Below, piece after piece: positions 21,134 to 31,969 of a stretch of DNA of 64,000 nt. Both the position numbers and the translations under genes were made by a program. The stretch lies in the IMG/VR virus record IMGVR_UViG_3300031867_000031, positions 1 to 64,000 of that record. One strand, 5' to 3'. Origin of the DNA: a virus (lineage: Duplodnaviria > Caudoviricetes). Below the pieces are notes generated by a model. The model was not told the DNA's origin. It worked only from the letters and a program-made list of their open reading frames with translations, and did not search any database. Position 1 is the stretch's first letter; each line of letters begins with the position of its first letter.

Positions 21134-24100
21134 ATGTTGAAATCAGAAGCCGCCGCTTATTTAGCCGGCGTAACTCAGACTGAGGGGGCGGAGGCTTCTG
21201 CTCCTACGAATCTTCACGTGATTACTGGTGAAGTGGGTGAAGCGTCTGCAGACGGCAAAACCCTTGTTAAAATTGATGGCCTCATGTTCTCCGAGAGTGA
21301 TGACCAATTTATTGAGGTTGATGCTCTCGGAGGACTTGAGGAAGGCGATATTGCAACTATTGTTCTGACTGGCGAGCAGGGGCATGCAATGACCCCGCTT
21401 GCTCTTGGTTCGATTGGCTCTGTAGACCGCATTACTGTTCGAATCGCTGCAATTGAGGCTGACTATATTAAAGTTGAGCAACTCGATGCGGCGAAGGCTC
21501 GAATTGGAGAGCTTGAGGCCGACCACGTGTCTGTCGACGACTTTAATGCCGCTACTGGTCGAATCGGCACTCTTGAAACCACTCGAGCTACCATCACAGA
21601 CCTCGAGGCGGCTAAGGCTAGAATTGGAACTCTTGAGGCTGACCATGTCTCTACTGATGACTTGAGCGCGGCTACTGCTAGAATCGGCACGCTTGAGACA
21701 AATACGGCTGACATCGGCACCATTCGCGCCAATTCTGCTAAGGTTCAGAACCTCACGGCTGCTGAGCTCGAGGCGGACCACGCTACTGTCGGGTCGTTGA
21801 GTACCACTTATGCGACTATTGCAAATCTAAATGCCGCAAATGGCCGAATCACGAATCTCGAATCGACCAAGGCCAACATCTCGGACCTTGAGGCCGATTA
21901 CATTACGGCAGACGAGATTGAGGCCACCTACATGCACGCTAACATGTCGAACAGCGACGTGGCGTGGATTGAGAATGGTACCATCAAGAACGGCGCGATT
22001 GTTAGTGCCATGATTAACGATGTCAGCGCAAATAAGCTGACGGCGGGCACTATCAATGGTTCGGTCATCAACGTTACGAACCTCAATGCCGATAACATCA
22101 CGACTGGCACCATCAATGGACAGCGCATCGGTGAGGGTTCGCTCAGTCTTTCAAAATTGGAAGATGATGTCTACACCGAATCTGAAGTTGATGCTAAGTT
22201 AGCAACAATGCAGTCTGAGATTGATGGCGCTATTGAGACTTGGACTGGAACCGCTGTACCTACGCTGAACAACTCTCCTGCGAGTAACTGGACGACTGCT
22301 GCGGTTAGGGATACGCACGTCGGCGACGTATATTTTGTTGTGAATTCTCAGTCGCAGCAGAATGGTTACAACTACCGATTCACAAAGAGTGGTAGTACAT
22401 ATTCTTGGCAGCTAATCAAGGACAGCGACGTAACCAATGCCTTGCAGAGACTTGAGACAGCTGAGGGCAAGATCACTACCTTCGACAGCGATATTTCCAC
22501 ACTCAAGACCGATACGGGCTCGTTAACTACAAGAACCACCAACCTTGAGACCCGCATGTCTGACGCAGAGGATGATATTCTCGATAAGGTTGATACGACG
22601 ACCTTCAACGAGGTCAGCGACACAGTAGACCAGCATTCGCAGACTATCTCTCAGCACACCACGGCAATCGCCAACAAGGCGGATAGTTCAACAGTCACCG
22701 CCGTTACGAACCGCGTCAGCAAGAATGAGCAGGACATCTCTGGCATTAACACCACCATCGGTGAGCTGCAAGAGACGGTCGAGAGCAAGGCAGACGGGTC
22801 GACTGTAACCACCATCAGCAACAAACTCAACACCGTGAGTGACACGGTTGACGGCCACACGCAGACCCTCACTAGCGTCCAGAACACTCTGAGCACCAAG
22901 GCAGACAGCTCCACCGTCAGTACCCTCACCACGAAGGTGAACAACGTCTCCGACACGGTTGATGGTCATACCTCGCAACTCTCAAGCATCACTACCACTC
23001 AGACCACGATGCAGGGCACCCTCGACAAGACGGTTAAATCCAGCATCCAGCTCTGGTACTCCAAGGCCAACACGACCGCGCCGAGCAAGCCTACTTCTCA
23101 GGTTACGAGCACTAGTACGTCTGGCAACGCTTGGCGAATCGTGGTGCCCGCCTACAACTCAAGCTACCCTCACTACTACTATTGCTGGCAGTATGAGTAT
23201 GCGGATGGTACCTATGGCTGGTCCGCGGTCGTGCGCGACATCGCCATGGGAGAGAGCCAGTCCACCGCTAGGACGGCTGATTCCAACGCATCCGCTGCGG
23301 TCACCACAGCCAACACCGCGAACGCTAACGCATCGACGGCCCTGTCCACGGCCAACACTGCCAATACCAACGCGTCGGACGCGAAGACCGCGGCAACCAC
23401 CGCTAGCACGACCGCATCCGAGGCCAAGACCACTGCGGAGACGGCGGCAAGCGACGCAAGCACGGCAAAGACCAACGCGGCGTCTGCCGTGAGCACGGCC
23501 AACTCCGCGAGCACCACGGCCACCAACGCCCAGAGCACGGCGAACGCCAACATCAAATCCAGCGTGCAGCTCTGGTTCACGAAGGCGAACAGCACGGCAC
23601 CGAGCAAGCCAACGTCGGTCGTCAGCACCAGCAACGCGAACACGGCGAACGCTTGGAACCTCGTGGTGCCAGTCTGGAACAGTGGCTACCCGCACTACTT
23701 CTACTGCTACCAGCAGCAGAAGGGCGATGGCAACTACCAGTGGACCGACGTCGTATACGACCGCGCCACCTCAGAGGCCCAGCAGCTCGCAAACACGACC
23801 AGCACGAGCCTCAGCACGCTACAGACGAACTACGCCACGTTCAAACAGACTACCGAGCAGTTCGAGTCAACGGTAGGCTCTAGGCTCACGACAATCGAGA
23901 GCGACATTGACGGTGTTGAGGAACGAGTCTCCGACAACGAGACCTCAATCTCCAACAACGCCTCGGCCATCGCCCTCAAGGCCAACTCCTCAGACGTTTA
24001 CACGAAGAGCACTGTTGACGGCAAGATTACGCAGGAGGTCACAGACCGCGACGCCGCAATCACCGCGAAGGCCAATGAGATTACCTCCACCGTCTCACAG

Positions 24101-27100
24101 AACTACACCACCAAGGACGAGTTTAATAACCTCGAGATTGGCGGGAGGAACTTCATACTTCGCTCCGGAGACTTCTACAGGTGGAACGGAACGACATCGA
24201 GTGAAGTGACTCTTGTTAATGAGGACGGTGGAACCTACGCAACCATAACACCGCCATCTGTTTCATGGTCAAACATATCTGGCTCCGCGCATCGTCCGAT
24301 TGAACTCTTGAACGGAAAGACCGTCACAATTTCCTGTGACGTTCGTGGGCATAACGTCCCAAGTAGCGCAGTTTCCAGCTTCTACCTGAACATTCATGGC
24401 TATGCCAACCAGACCACGGCAAGCAGAATCGGAACCATTGATTCTTGGTTTTTATCCTCTGTTCTGAAGGAAAACGAATGGGTGCGAATTAGCAAGACCT
24501 TAACGTTCGATGATGATGCACGAAAATCGTTTAGCCAGATTCCATCGGGATACACATACGAGAGCATCACGCACTTTGACGTTGCACTCTACAATCATGG
24601 CGGGTTCCCCATCGACTACCGTCACCCGCAGTTGGAATACGGCAACAAGGCCACTGAATGGACTCCCGCACCGGAGGACATCGAGACTCGCATATCATCG
24701 GCAGAGTCAAGCATCACCCAGAATGCCCAGAACATCGAACTCAAGGTGTCCAAGGACGGGGTAATCAGCTCAATCAACCAGAGTGCTGAGACGGTCAAGA
24801 TTCAGGCGTCGAAGGTCGAAATTAACGGCACTGCGATATTCTCAGCGATTAAGTCTAGTGCTGACGCCGCTTATGATGCCAAGGGTGCGGCCGCGACGGT
24901 TCAGGACAACTTAGACAATCTTGAGGTTGGTGGGAGGAATTTGCTGCCACAGACCCAGAATTGGGGCAAAGTTTCTACCAGTAATGGAACCGGAACTATC
25001 ACTAGCGATATGAAAGCTGGTTGCCAAATCTTAAAGTTCGTTTGGGGTTCAGGTAGTGCTGATGTGTTCTTTACCGGGAAATGGACTAGACCATTAGAAG
25101 CAAACGCATGGTATACACTTTCCTTTTGGGCAAGAGCGGACGCAGCAATCGACCTACGCAATTATTTATGGTCCCCAGCTGTTGTAGATGAGGGACGAAA
25201 TTCTGTCGGAAGAACAACATCATCTTCTGACGGAGCAATATTAACGCCAATCACGACGTCATGGGAACGCTATTGGATTGCATGGCACGTCAAAGCGGGA
25301 TCCTCTTTACCAAACAATGTTATGATTGGTAGATTGCTGTCGGCCGGAACCGTATACTTTGCTGGTGCAAAGTTTGAAAAGGGCAACAAAGCTACTGATT
25401 GGACTCCTGCACCAGAGGACCAAACAGCTTATGTTGATGACTCCATTTCATCGATTCAGGTCGGCAGTAGGAACCTGCTGAGATTGACTCAAAATCCCCA
25501 AGTGTCATCAACTGCGTGGTCTTACACGGCGGTGCCGATGAGCATTAATGGGTGGACGAAGTATGCTAACGCAGTAACTTTGGAGCGCAAAGATAACGGT
25601 ATAAAGGCAACTCACAATACTTCAAGCACTAGCGACGGTTTTGCTGTACCACTTGTCGCGTACAATGCCGTAACAGGCGGAGAGAGTCTTTCCGTTTCAT
25701 TCGAGTATCGAACCAACATGACCTCAATCGGAACGCCATATCTTCTTGCAACAACTAACGAAGGTGGTACCACTGGCAATACCTCTCTTGGCCATAGCGT
25801 TTCAGTAACAAAGTCCGAAACCGAGTGGGCTAAGTTCAGTGCTGTTTGGACATTCCCCACAGCAACAAATAAGGTCTATGCATTTCTTCTTCTGACTTAT
25901 GTAGCAACATCAGGTGGATGGATAGAGATTAAAGACGGCACGCTCAAGCTCGAAAAGGGCAACAAAGCTACCGACTGGACGCCCGCACCAGAAGACATCG
26001 ATGCTTCCATCGAAACAGCCTCTGGCAACGGCTTCTACGTCAAGTGGGACGACAACCAGGGAACCACATATGCTGGTGGTGAGGCAAGGTTCTACGCCTA
26101 CGACCCCGTCATGAAGACCAAGGGCACGGGTGCGGGCTGGGTTCTGTGGAACGGAGTCAAGCGCACGGTCCCGAGCGCCACGGTCAACCCGAACAGCGCA
26201 TATCCGTATAACATTCCCATCTATCTCGTGCTCAGGCTGTCAAGCGCTACGTCCACGACGGGCACCATCTATGCGGTCTGGTACAACGGCGGATGGAAGT
26301 CGGCCAATCCAGACGCGGCTACGAGCAGTGCCATCTCCGACTGGACGTGGGTAGAAGCGACTGATATCGTTCTTGCATCCTGTGTTGAGCCTTCGTCCGA
26401 GGCGCAGTTCACGGATTGCCAGACGTATGACCCGCCGCTGCTCTGTACGCAGGTGACCACCATCACGACGACGGCGGCATCCGCTCAGGCATTGGCGACC
26501 ACGGCAAACACCACCGCCAACGCGGCTGCGCCCAAGGCAAGCGCGGTCAAGCGCACCCAGCGCATCTGGTATCGCTCGAACAGCGCCACGGCTCCGGCTA
26601 CGCCTGGTACGGCATCCTCGAACTGGGTGACCAAGCCAGATGATGGTAACGCCGCGTGGACCAAGATGCACGTCGCCATCAGCAGCACGCACAAGTATAT
26701 CTACACGTGTGAGCAGTACGAGATGGCTAATGGCACGGTGGGATATACGTCCGTCCTGCTGGACAACACCATTACGGTAATCGACGGTGGAAACATTATC
26801 ACGGGTACCGTCACAGCGAATAAGCTCAATGCAGCTAACATCAATGCTAGCAAGACTTTGACCGTGGGCGCGATGACAGACGCAGCTGCCAGCACGATTC
26901 TGAATAGCAACATGGTAGTGGGCGGAAGAAACCTGCTTCTTGCGACGGGTACTCCGCAATCAAAGACCATGCCTGCAATAGCTGCTGGAAGCTATACTAC
27001 TTGGGATCCGTACAAGCTTGTTGGCGCATACAATACGTTAGGGTTGTCCGCTGGTGACAGCATAACAATCTCATTCGATTGGAGCGTTACTGGCGCAGCG

Positions 27101-28384
27101 GCGAACTCTACCCTCAAGATAGGAACAAACGTTGATCCTTGGGAATATTTCGGTGTTCTTGTAACCTTTGCGGCTGGAGCTTCGAGCGGGCATGTGAAGA
27201 AGACCTATACAGTTAGTTCAAAGTTGGCGTCGTGTGCTGGAACGACACTTCGCGCAAGAATTGATGCCGTTGGAACGGCAATCACGACTTCGATGGTGTT
27301 AACATTGTCCAACGTGAAACTCGAAAAGGGTAATAAGGCCACCGATTGGACTCCTGCTCCGGAGGACCAGACAGAATATGTCGATTCGATTACCTATCAG
27401 TCGGCCCGGCCGAACCTGAGCCCTTTTTTCACAATGCCACTTAATGATATCTACTCAAGCAATAATGCGAATGGATATTGGGACAACAACAAATCGATGA
27501 CTGGTTCTGGGGCGATCGTTCTTGAACAACTATCGGATGGATGGGCACATTATAATTATAATAACACCGGAACGAATATGGTATGGCTTACTATATATGA
27601 AATTGGTTCATGGCGTCATCTTGCAGGTGACTTGAAGGGTAATACAAAGTATACAGTCCTGATGGAATTTCGTAACGTCACTAAGAGTGGAAACGTGACC
27701 TGCATTGGCACCACGCAACATGCAACATCATGGCCTTCGATGTTTGTGGGAAACAGTAGTCTCGGAAACGTTGCTGTCGCTAATGGTTCTCAGTACCATG
27801 TCGGAACGACAATCGCCGATCCTTCGTCGGTCGCTAATTCGACACATTGTACAACCCGTACGCTTATTGCGATACCGCCTGGGGCTTCTATAACTTGTGA
27901 TCTCCGCGTGTCTCTTTATGAGGGCGAATATACCGGTCCATACAAGTCGTATTCTGGCGATATGCTATATGCCACTAATTCGGCATTGGAAGGCACCAAC
28001 GAATCGCTGGAAGGCGCCATCACTGACATTGGCGAGCTTTCGGACCAGCTTGTCGACACCACGACGGAGCAGAACAAGACCATTACCACCATCCAGACGT
28101 ATCTTAACTCATTAAGACAGGACCTTGACGCCGAGATTGAATCTCGCCAGAAGTGGCTCAATTTCGACACGGCTGAGGGTCTGATAATCGGAGCAAAAAA
28201 CAGCACGTTCAAGACAGTCACGACTAACACCTCGCAGCAGTTTAAAAACGGTGGCACAGTTCTAGCAGAGACGAGCGGCATGGAGTTCGTGGCACCTGTC
28301 ATGCGCTCCGATCAGATTCTCATAGGCAACTGGATGTGGACTAGGCGAGACAATGGAAACCTGTCCCTCAAGTGGATTGGATAG
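21134..28384 (+). CDS. Large tail fibre / host-specificity protein
   Basis: 2416 aa, coiled-coil heptads, four GxRNL(L/I)...GNKAT(D/E)WTPAPED modules, C-terminal NGNLSLKWIG. Confidence 0.85.
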   Translation: MLKSEAAAYLAGVTQTEGAEASAPTNLHVITGEVGEASADGKTLVKIDGLMFSESDDQFIEVDALGGLEEGDIATIVLTGEQGHAMTPLALGSIGSVDRITVRIAAIEADYIKVEQLDAAKARIGELEADHVSVDDFNAATGRIGTLETTRATITDLEAAKARIGTLEADHVSTDDLSAATARIGTLETNTADIGTIRANSAKVQNLTAAELEADHATVGSLSTTYATIANLNAANGRITNLESTKANISDLEADYITADEIEATYMHANMSNSDVAWIENGTIKNGAIVSAMINDVSANKLTAGTINGSVINVTNLNADNITTGTINGQRIGEGSLSLSKLEDDVYTESEVDAKLATMQSEIDGAIETWTGTAVPTLNNSPASNWTTAAVRDTHVGDVYFVVNSQSQQNGYNYRFTKSGSTYSWQLIKDSDVTNALQRLETAEGKITTFDSDISTLKTDTGSLTTRTTNLETRMSDAEDDILDKVDTTTFNEVSDTVDQHSQTISQHTTAIANKADSSTVTAVTNRVSKNEQDISGINTTIGELQETVESKADGSTVTTISNKLNTVSDTVDGHTQTLTSVQNTLSTKADSSTVSTLTTKVNNVSDTVDGHTSQLSSITTTQTTMQGTLDKTVKSSIQLWYSKANTTAPSKPTSQVTSTSTSGNAWRIVVPAYNSSYPHYYYCWQYEYADGTYGWSAVVRDIAMGESQSTARTADSNASAAVTTANTANANASTALSTANTANTNASDAKTAATTASTTASEAKTTAETAASDASTAKTNAASAVSTANSASTTATNAQSTANANIKSSVQLWFTKANSTAPSKPTSVVSTSNANTANAWNLVVPVWNSGYPHYFYCYQQQKGDGNYQWTDVVYDRATSEAQQLANTTSTSLSTLQTNYATFKQTTEQFESTVGSRLTTIESDIDGVEERVSDNETSISNNASAIALKANSSDVYTKSTVDGKITQEVTDRDAAITAKANEITSTVSQNYTTKDEFNNLEIGGRNFILRSGDFYRWNGTTSSEVTLVNEDGGTYATITPPSVSWSNISGSAHRPIELLNGKTVTISCDVRGHNVPSSAVSSFYLNIHGYANQTTASRIGTIDSWFLSSVLKENEWVRISKTLTFDDDARKSFSQIPSGYTYESITHFDVALYNHGGFPIDYRHPQLEYGNKATEWTPAPEDIETRISSAESSITQNAQNIELKVSKDGVISSINQSAETVKIQASKVEINGTAIFSAIKSSADAAYDAKGAAATVQDNLDNLEVGGRNLLPQTQNWGKVSTSNGTGTITSDMKAGCQILKFVWGSGSADVFFTGKWTRPLEANAWYTLSFWARADAAIDLRNYLWSPAVVDEGRNSVGRTTSSSDGAILTPITTSWERYWIAWHVKAGSSLPNNVMIGRLLSAGTVYFAGAKFEKGNKATDWTPAPEDQTAYVDDSISSIQVGSRNLLRLTQNPQVSSTAWSYTAVPMSINGWTKYANAVTLERKDNGIKATHNTSSTSDGFAVPLVAYNAVTGGESLSVSFEYRTNMTSIGTPYLLATTNEGGTTGNTSLGHSVSVTKSETEWAKFSAVWTFPTATNKVYAFLLLTYVATSGGWIEIKDGTLKLEKGNKATDWTPAPEDIDASIETASGNGFYVKWDDNQGTTYAGGEARFYAYDPVMKTKGTGAGWVLWNGVKRTVPSATVNPNSAYPYNIPIYLVLRLSSATSTTGTIYAVWYNGGWKSANPDAATSSAISDWTWVEATDIVLASCVEPSSEAQFTDCQTYDPPLLCTQVTTITTTAASAQALATTANTTANAAAPKASAVKRTQRIWYRSNSATAPATPGTASSNWVTKPDDGNAAWTKMHVAISSTHKYIYTCEQYEMANGTVGYTSVLLDNTITVIDGGNIITGTVTANKLNAANINASKTLTVGAMTDAAASTILNSNMVVGGRNLLLATGTPQSKTMPAIAAGSYTTWDPYKLVGAYNTLGLSAGDSITISFDWSVTGAAANSTLKIGTNVDPWEYFGVLVTFAAGASSGHVKKTYTVSSKLASCAGTTLRARIDAVGTAITTSMVLTLSNVKLEKGNKATDWTPAPEDQTEYVDSITYQSARPNLSPFFTMPLNDIYSSNNANGYWDNNKSMTGSGAIVLEQLSDGWAHYNYNNTGTNMVWLTIYEIGSWRHLAGDLKGNTKYTVLMEFRNVTKSGNVTCIGTTQHATSWPSMFVGNSSLGNVAVANGSQYHVGTTIADPSSVANSTHCTTRTLIAIPPGASITCDLRVSLYEGEYTGPYKSYSGDMLYATNSALEGTNESLEGAITDIGELSDQLVDTTTEQNKTITTIQTYLNSLRQDLDAEIESRQKWLNFDTAEGLIIGAKNSTFKTVTTNTSQQFKNGGTVLAETSGMEFVAPVMRSDQILIGNWMWTRRDNGNLSLKWIG

Positions 28385-28387
28385 CAT

Positions 28388-30124
28388 ATGGCAACAGCAT
28401 ACGGTGGATATTACACTGGGGCGGGTTATAATGCGTTCCGTGCGAGGATGGACTATTCGACCTCCGCTAGTACCGATACATCTGCGACTATTCAGGTAGT
28501 CGTTAAGTGTCAGATGGGTAGCGGTCATGACTCGGGCGGCAACTTCAGGGGAACCGCCAACATCAACGGAAGTACAAGTTCGTGGACTGGCAGTAGCTAC
28601 TACTCAGCTGGCGGAACGTACACGATGGGCACCAAGACGCTGTCCATTACAAAGACACATTCTGCGCAATCCATTACAGTCAAGGCGACAGTCACGTCCA
28701 CCTATGCATGGAGTGGTCACAGCTCCACGGCATCTGCAACGGTATCTGTACCTGCAAAGAAAAGTTATAACATAACCTACAACGCCAATACAGGTAGCGG
28801 CGAACCAGGTTCTCAGACCAAATGGTATGGCGAGACGCTGAAGCTCTCGACGACGGTTCCGAAGCTTGACGGCTACGACTTCATGGGTTGGTCTATTACA
28901 CAGAGCTCTCCTGGGTCGGGTGAAGTAAAGTACGCGGCAGGAGGCAGCTACGAAGATAATGCGGCGGCTACTCTTTACGCTGTCTGGAAGCGTGCTTATA
29001 TTCCTCCGAAAATCAGCGCACTTTCCGTCTACCGCGCATCCGACACGATTGGAACGGCATCGGATGAGGGTAAATACTGCTATGTCAAATGCACGTGGTC
29101 GGTTGATATATCGCTAACTAGCGGCAATAAAGGTAAGACGCTCCTCATAGAGTATAAGGCCGCATCTGAAACATTGTGGACCTCCGCGAAGTCGGTATCT
29201 CTCACGAAAGCATCAGACACCACCCAGACGACAGCACTCAATACAGCCAGCTTTGAAACGGGTACAACATATCATATTCGAGTGACGGTTAGCGATACAT
29301 CTGGCCAGACGGGTAACACAGCTTCCGCTACATCGACATTGTCTCCGGCATTTTATACGCTAGATTTTGGTAACCAAGGTCATAACATAGGAATTGGACA
29401 TGCGGCCGATTTGGATTACGGCGTTGACGTGGGCATCAAACTACGTTGCGATAATGTGAACTTTGAGATTTTGGACTCTGATATTCCTCCAGCCGGCACA
29501 GATCCAAGCGGTGATGTAACTGTTTGGGGTAATGGTCTCTACATGTATCCATCGATTGCGGCCGGAGAAACTGATCAAGAATTAGCCGTTGGTTATATTC
29601 GAGCCATGCATCGTGGCGATGGCTCTTGGAATCCTCGAGCTCGTGGCATTCAGATAGAGGCCCAACGAGGAACCGGAACCAATCGAAAAACCAACGCGCT
29701 GAATCTTCTTTTGGATAATAGCGGAAACGCCACGGTAGAGATGACGCAGGCGGCTGCTTGGAGAAAAGCATTAGGCGAAACCGATTGGGCGAATCTACCT
29801 CTTGAAAGCAACGCACAGTCATATTCTGATTCTTGGCTGCCTAAATACAAACGTCACGTTGGCAGTCTTGTTACCATACGAGGTGCTGTTAAACCAAAAT
29901 CACAAGTGGCCGCTGGCAGCAATTTTTTAATTGGCATATTGCCAACCGGATTCAGACCTAGTTTGCAGTGTAACACTATTTGCCAGGGTTCTGGCGGTGC
30001 GATATTCTTGTTGGCTGTTTATGAAGACGGCAAAGTTCAGTGCGAACGTTATCGTAACGGCTCTACTAATGCCGCCATCCCAACGTCAGCATGGGTTTCG
30101 TTCTCATTCACGTTTGCTTTGTAA
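28388..30124 (+). CDS. Minor tail / receptor-binding protein with InlB B-repeat-like domain
   Basis: YNITYNANTGSG...GYDFMGWS...TLYAVW B-repeat; TLDF motif; beta-rich C-terminus. Confidence 0.65.
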   Translation: MATAYGGYYTGAGYNAFRARMDYSTSASTDTSATIQVVVKCQMGSGHDSGGNFRGTANINGSTSSWTGSSYYSAGGTYTMGTKTLSITKTHSAQSITVKATVTSTYAWSGHSSTASATVSVPAKKSYNITYNANTGSGEPGSQTKWYGETLKLSTTVPKLDGYDFMGWSITQSSPGSGEVKYAAGGSYEDNAAATLYAVWKRAYIPPKISALSVYRASDTIGTASDEGKYCYVKCTWSVDISLTSGNKGKTLLIEYKAASETLWTSAKSVSLTKASDTTQTTALNTASFETGTTYHIRVTVSDTSGQTGNTASATSTLSPAFYTLDFGNQGHNIGIGHAADLDYGVDVGIKLRCDNVNFEILDSDIPPAGTDPSGDVTVWGNGLYMYPSIAAGETDQELAVGYIRAMHRGDGSWNPRARGIQIEAQRGTGTNRKTNALNLLLDNSGNATVEMTQAAAWRKALGETDWANLPLESNAQSYSDSWLPKYKRHVGSLVTIRGAVKPKSQVAAGSNFLIGILPTGFRPSLQCNTICQGSGGAIFLLAVYEDGKVQCERYRNGSTNAAIPTSAWVSFSFTFAL

Positions 30125-30134
30125 GGAGGATATT

Positions 30135-30746
30135 TTGGAAACACTAATCCGTAAGGTCATGATGCCAGATGGTGTGGTCCGTAACGAGCACCGTATTACC
30201 TGCATCACAAGCCGAATTGACCAAGATACGGTTATTGATGTCGAGAGTTCCGGCGAAAACGTGTCAGGCTATATTACCAAACTTATCATTTCTCCTTATG
30301 AGGGTATTTTAACCGAGGAGCAGGCCTTTGATATTTTAAAAAATGATCCGTTATTCTTAGAGTGGATCGACCCGGTTCAGGATGCTCTCGATGAGTTGCT
30401 CCCAATCCTAACCGACGAGCAGGCCGAGATGGTTACCAACATGTACCCCGAGTGGGCTGTTGATATTTCCTACACGGCCGGTGAGCGTATTCAGTATAAC
30501 TCGAAGCTTTACCGTTGCGTGCAGGCGCATACCTCGCAGGAGGGTTGGGAGCCGCCTATTACTCCTGCTCTGTGGACTCGTACGGCACCGGAGGGTGATA
30601 TTCCAGAATGGATTCAGCCGACTGGCGCTCAGGACGCATATAACAAGGGTGACAAGGTAAAGCATAACGATTCGACTTGGATTTCAGACGTCGATGCGAA
30701 TGTCTGGGAACCCGGTATCTATGGATGGACGGCTAGCAATGAGTAA
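30135..30746 (+). CDS. CBM5/12-like carbohydrate-binding protein
   Basis: MYPEW...YTAGERIQYNSKLYRCVQAHTSQEGWEP..TPALW; TTG start after GGAGG. Confidence 0.7.
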   Translation: METLIRKVMMPDGVVRNEHRITCITSRIDQDTVIDVESSGENVSGYITKLIISPYEGILTEEQAFDILKNDPLFLEWIDPVQDALDELLPILTDEQAEMVTNMYPEWAVDISYTAGERIQYNSKLYRCVQAHTSQEGWEPPITPALWTRTAPEGDIPEWIQPTGAQDAYNKGDKVKHNDSTWISDVDANVWEPGIYGWTASNE

Positions 30747-31428
30747 TTCTCGTGATGCAATTGTGGCATATTGCCGCAGGAACCTTGGCTGTTCTTATAG
30801 CTATACTCCGTCTGGCGGTGTTGAAGGACGATCCTATAATTGTTCCTACCTAAGCACTTGCGCATACAAGGCTGCTGGTCTGACCATTCCTGGTTGGCAG
30901 GGTCATCAAAATGGTGATGGTTCACAGTCAGATTGGGTTTATCGCAACGGCCATTGGACCACTGATAAATCCAAACTAAAGCCGGGCGATTTGGTCTTCT
31001 TTGGAACAAGTCGCACTAATACCGGTCATGTTGGAGTGGTTAGCAGGTCAGGCACAGTTCCTTATATTATCGACAGCACGCCAAGTCGAGGAGTAGCAGA
31101 GCGTCTGCTCCCCACTGGTGCAGGCTTTGTTGGAGGAGGATGGCCGCTTGCTAATCTTCCTGCGGACAGTACAAAAACGGAGGGATTCACTGTGAATAAG
31201 ACAGTTACCGTTCGTAGCGATTTTCTGCGAGTCCGAGATGCCCCTTCTATTAAGACGGGCAAAGTCGTCATGAGTGGTGGCAAAGAGGTTCACTATGCTA
31301 AGGGCGATACCGTAACGATTGATTCTATCATAATCGGAGACGATGGTTATGCATGGGGGCACTACATCGGAGCTTCTAGTAAGAAAGACCGATACATTGC
31401 ATTAGGAATCCTCGAAAACGCTCGATAA
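30739..31428 (+). CDS. Endolysin, NlpC/P60 catalytic domain plus SH3-like cell-wall-binding domain
   Basis: YNCSYL (Cys), LKPGDLVFF, GHVGVV (His); C-terminal LRVRDAPS...GYAWGHY. Confidence 0.85.
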   Translation: MSNSRDAIVAYCRRNLGCSYSYTPSGGVEGRSYNCSYLSTCAYKAAGLTIPGWQGHQNGDGSQSDWVYRNGHWTTDKSKLKPGDLVFFGTSRTNTGHVGVVSRSGTVPYIIDSTPSRGVAERLLPTGAGFVGGGWPLANLPADSTKTEGFTVNKTVTVRSDFLRVRDAPSIKTGKVVMSGGKEVHYAKGDTVTIDSIIIGDDGYAWGHYIGASSKKDRYIALGILENAR

Positions 31429-31458
31429 ATTAGTTTCCGTCTAATCTGGTGTTGTGAG

Positions 31459-31626
31459 ATGCGGTTTAAACCACTTCCAAAAGACCAATGCCCTGCCTGT
31501 GGATCATATATGTATATTCCGCAAGGGTCCATAAGATCAACTCGCGACGGAGCTTATTTCGATTTGGTTTGTACAAATTGCACATTACGTCTTTCTAGCT
31601 ATAAACCAAAGAAGAAAAAGCGTTAG
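31459..31626 (+). CDS. Small zinc-ribbon protein (not in ORF track)
   Basis: CPACG...CTNC, Lys-rich tail, 55 aa. Confidence 0.55.
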   Translation: MRFKPLPKDQCPACGSYMYIPQGSIRSTRDGAYFDLVCTNCTLRLSSYKPKKKKR

Positions 31627-31644
31627 AGAGGGGTAGATTTGCTG

Positions 31645-31714
31645 TGGGAGGTTTTCATGAGCGCTCGGGACTTAGGCGAAAACCACAATCTGGGAATGGT
31701 GGGGTTCTTAGATT
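31645..31714 (+). ncRNA. Structured element with TGGTGGGG-loop hairpin
   Basis: AATCTGGGAA-TGGTGGGG-TTCTTAGATT stem-loop (31687-31714). Confidence 0.45.
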
Positions 31715-31786
31715 TTTCTGATGCATTCAAAATGGAAGTCTTTTTAAACGTTTAACGCAAAATTTTCCCAGGGGATGATTTCGAAG

Positions 31787-31960
31787 ATGCAAGTTGAAAT
31801 CGAGGAGGTTAAAGCTACAAAAACACGTGATGTACATCATGTGCGTTTTGAGAACAAGACCGATTATCAAAAAGCAAAATGGATGCTTTCTCGAATTCCT
31901 ATTACATATGCGGTCAACGACTTCACTCATACTTTATATTTTCTCGGAAAGAAGTTTTAG
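31787..31960 (+). CDS. Hypothetical protein
   Basis: ORF in operon orientation. Confidence 0.5.
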   Translation: MQVEIEEVKATKTRDVHHVRFENKTDYQKAKWMLSRIPITYAVNDFTHTLYFLGKKF

Positions 31961-31969
31961 GAGGTCAAC

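Noticed and set aside
21134-30124. Diversity-generating retroelement acting on tail fibre repeats
   Set aside because: No reverse transcriptase and no template/variable repeat pair differing only at adenines in this window.
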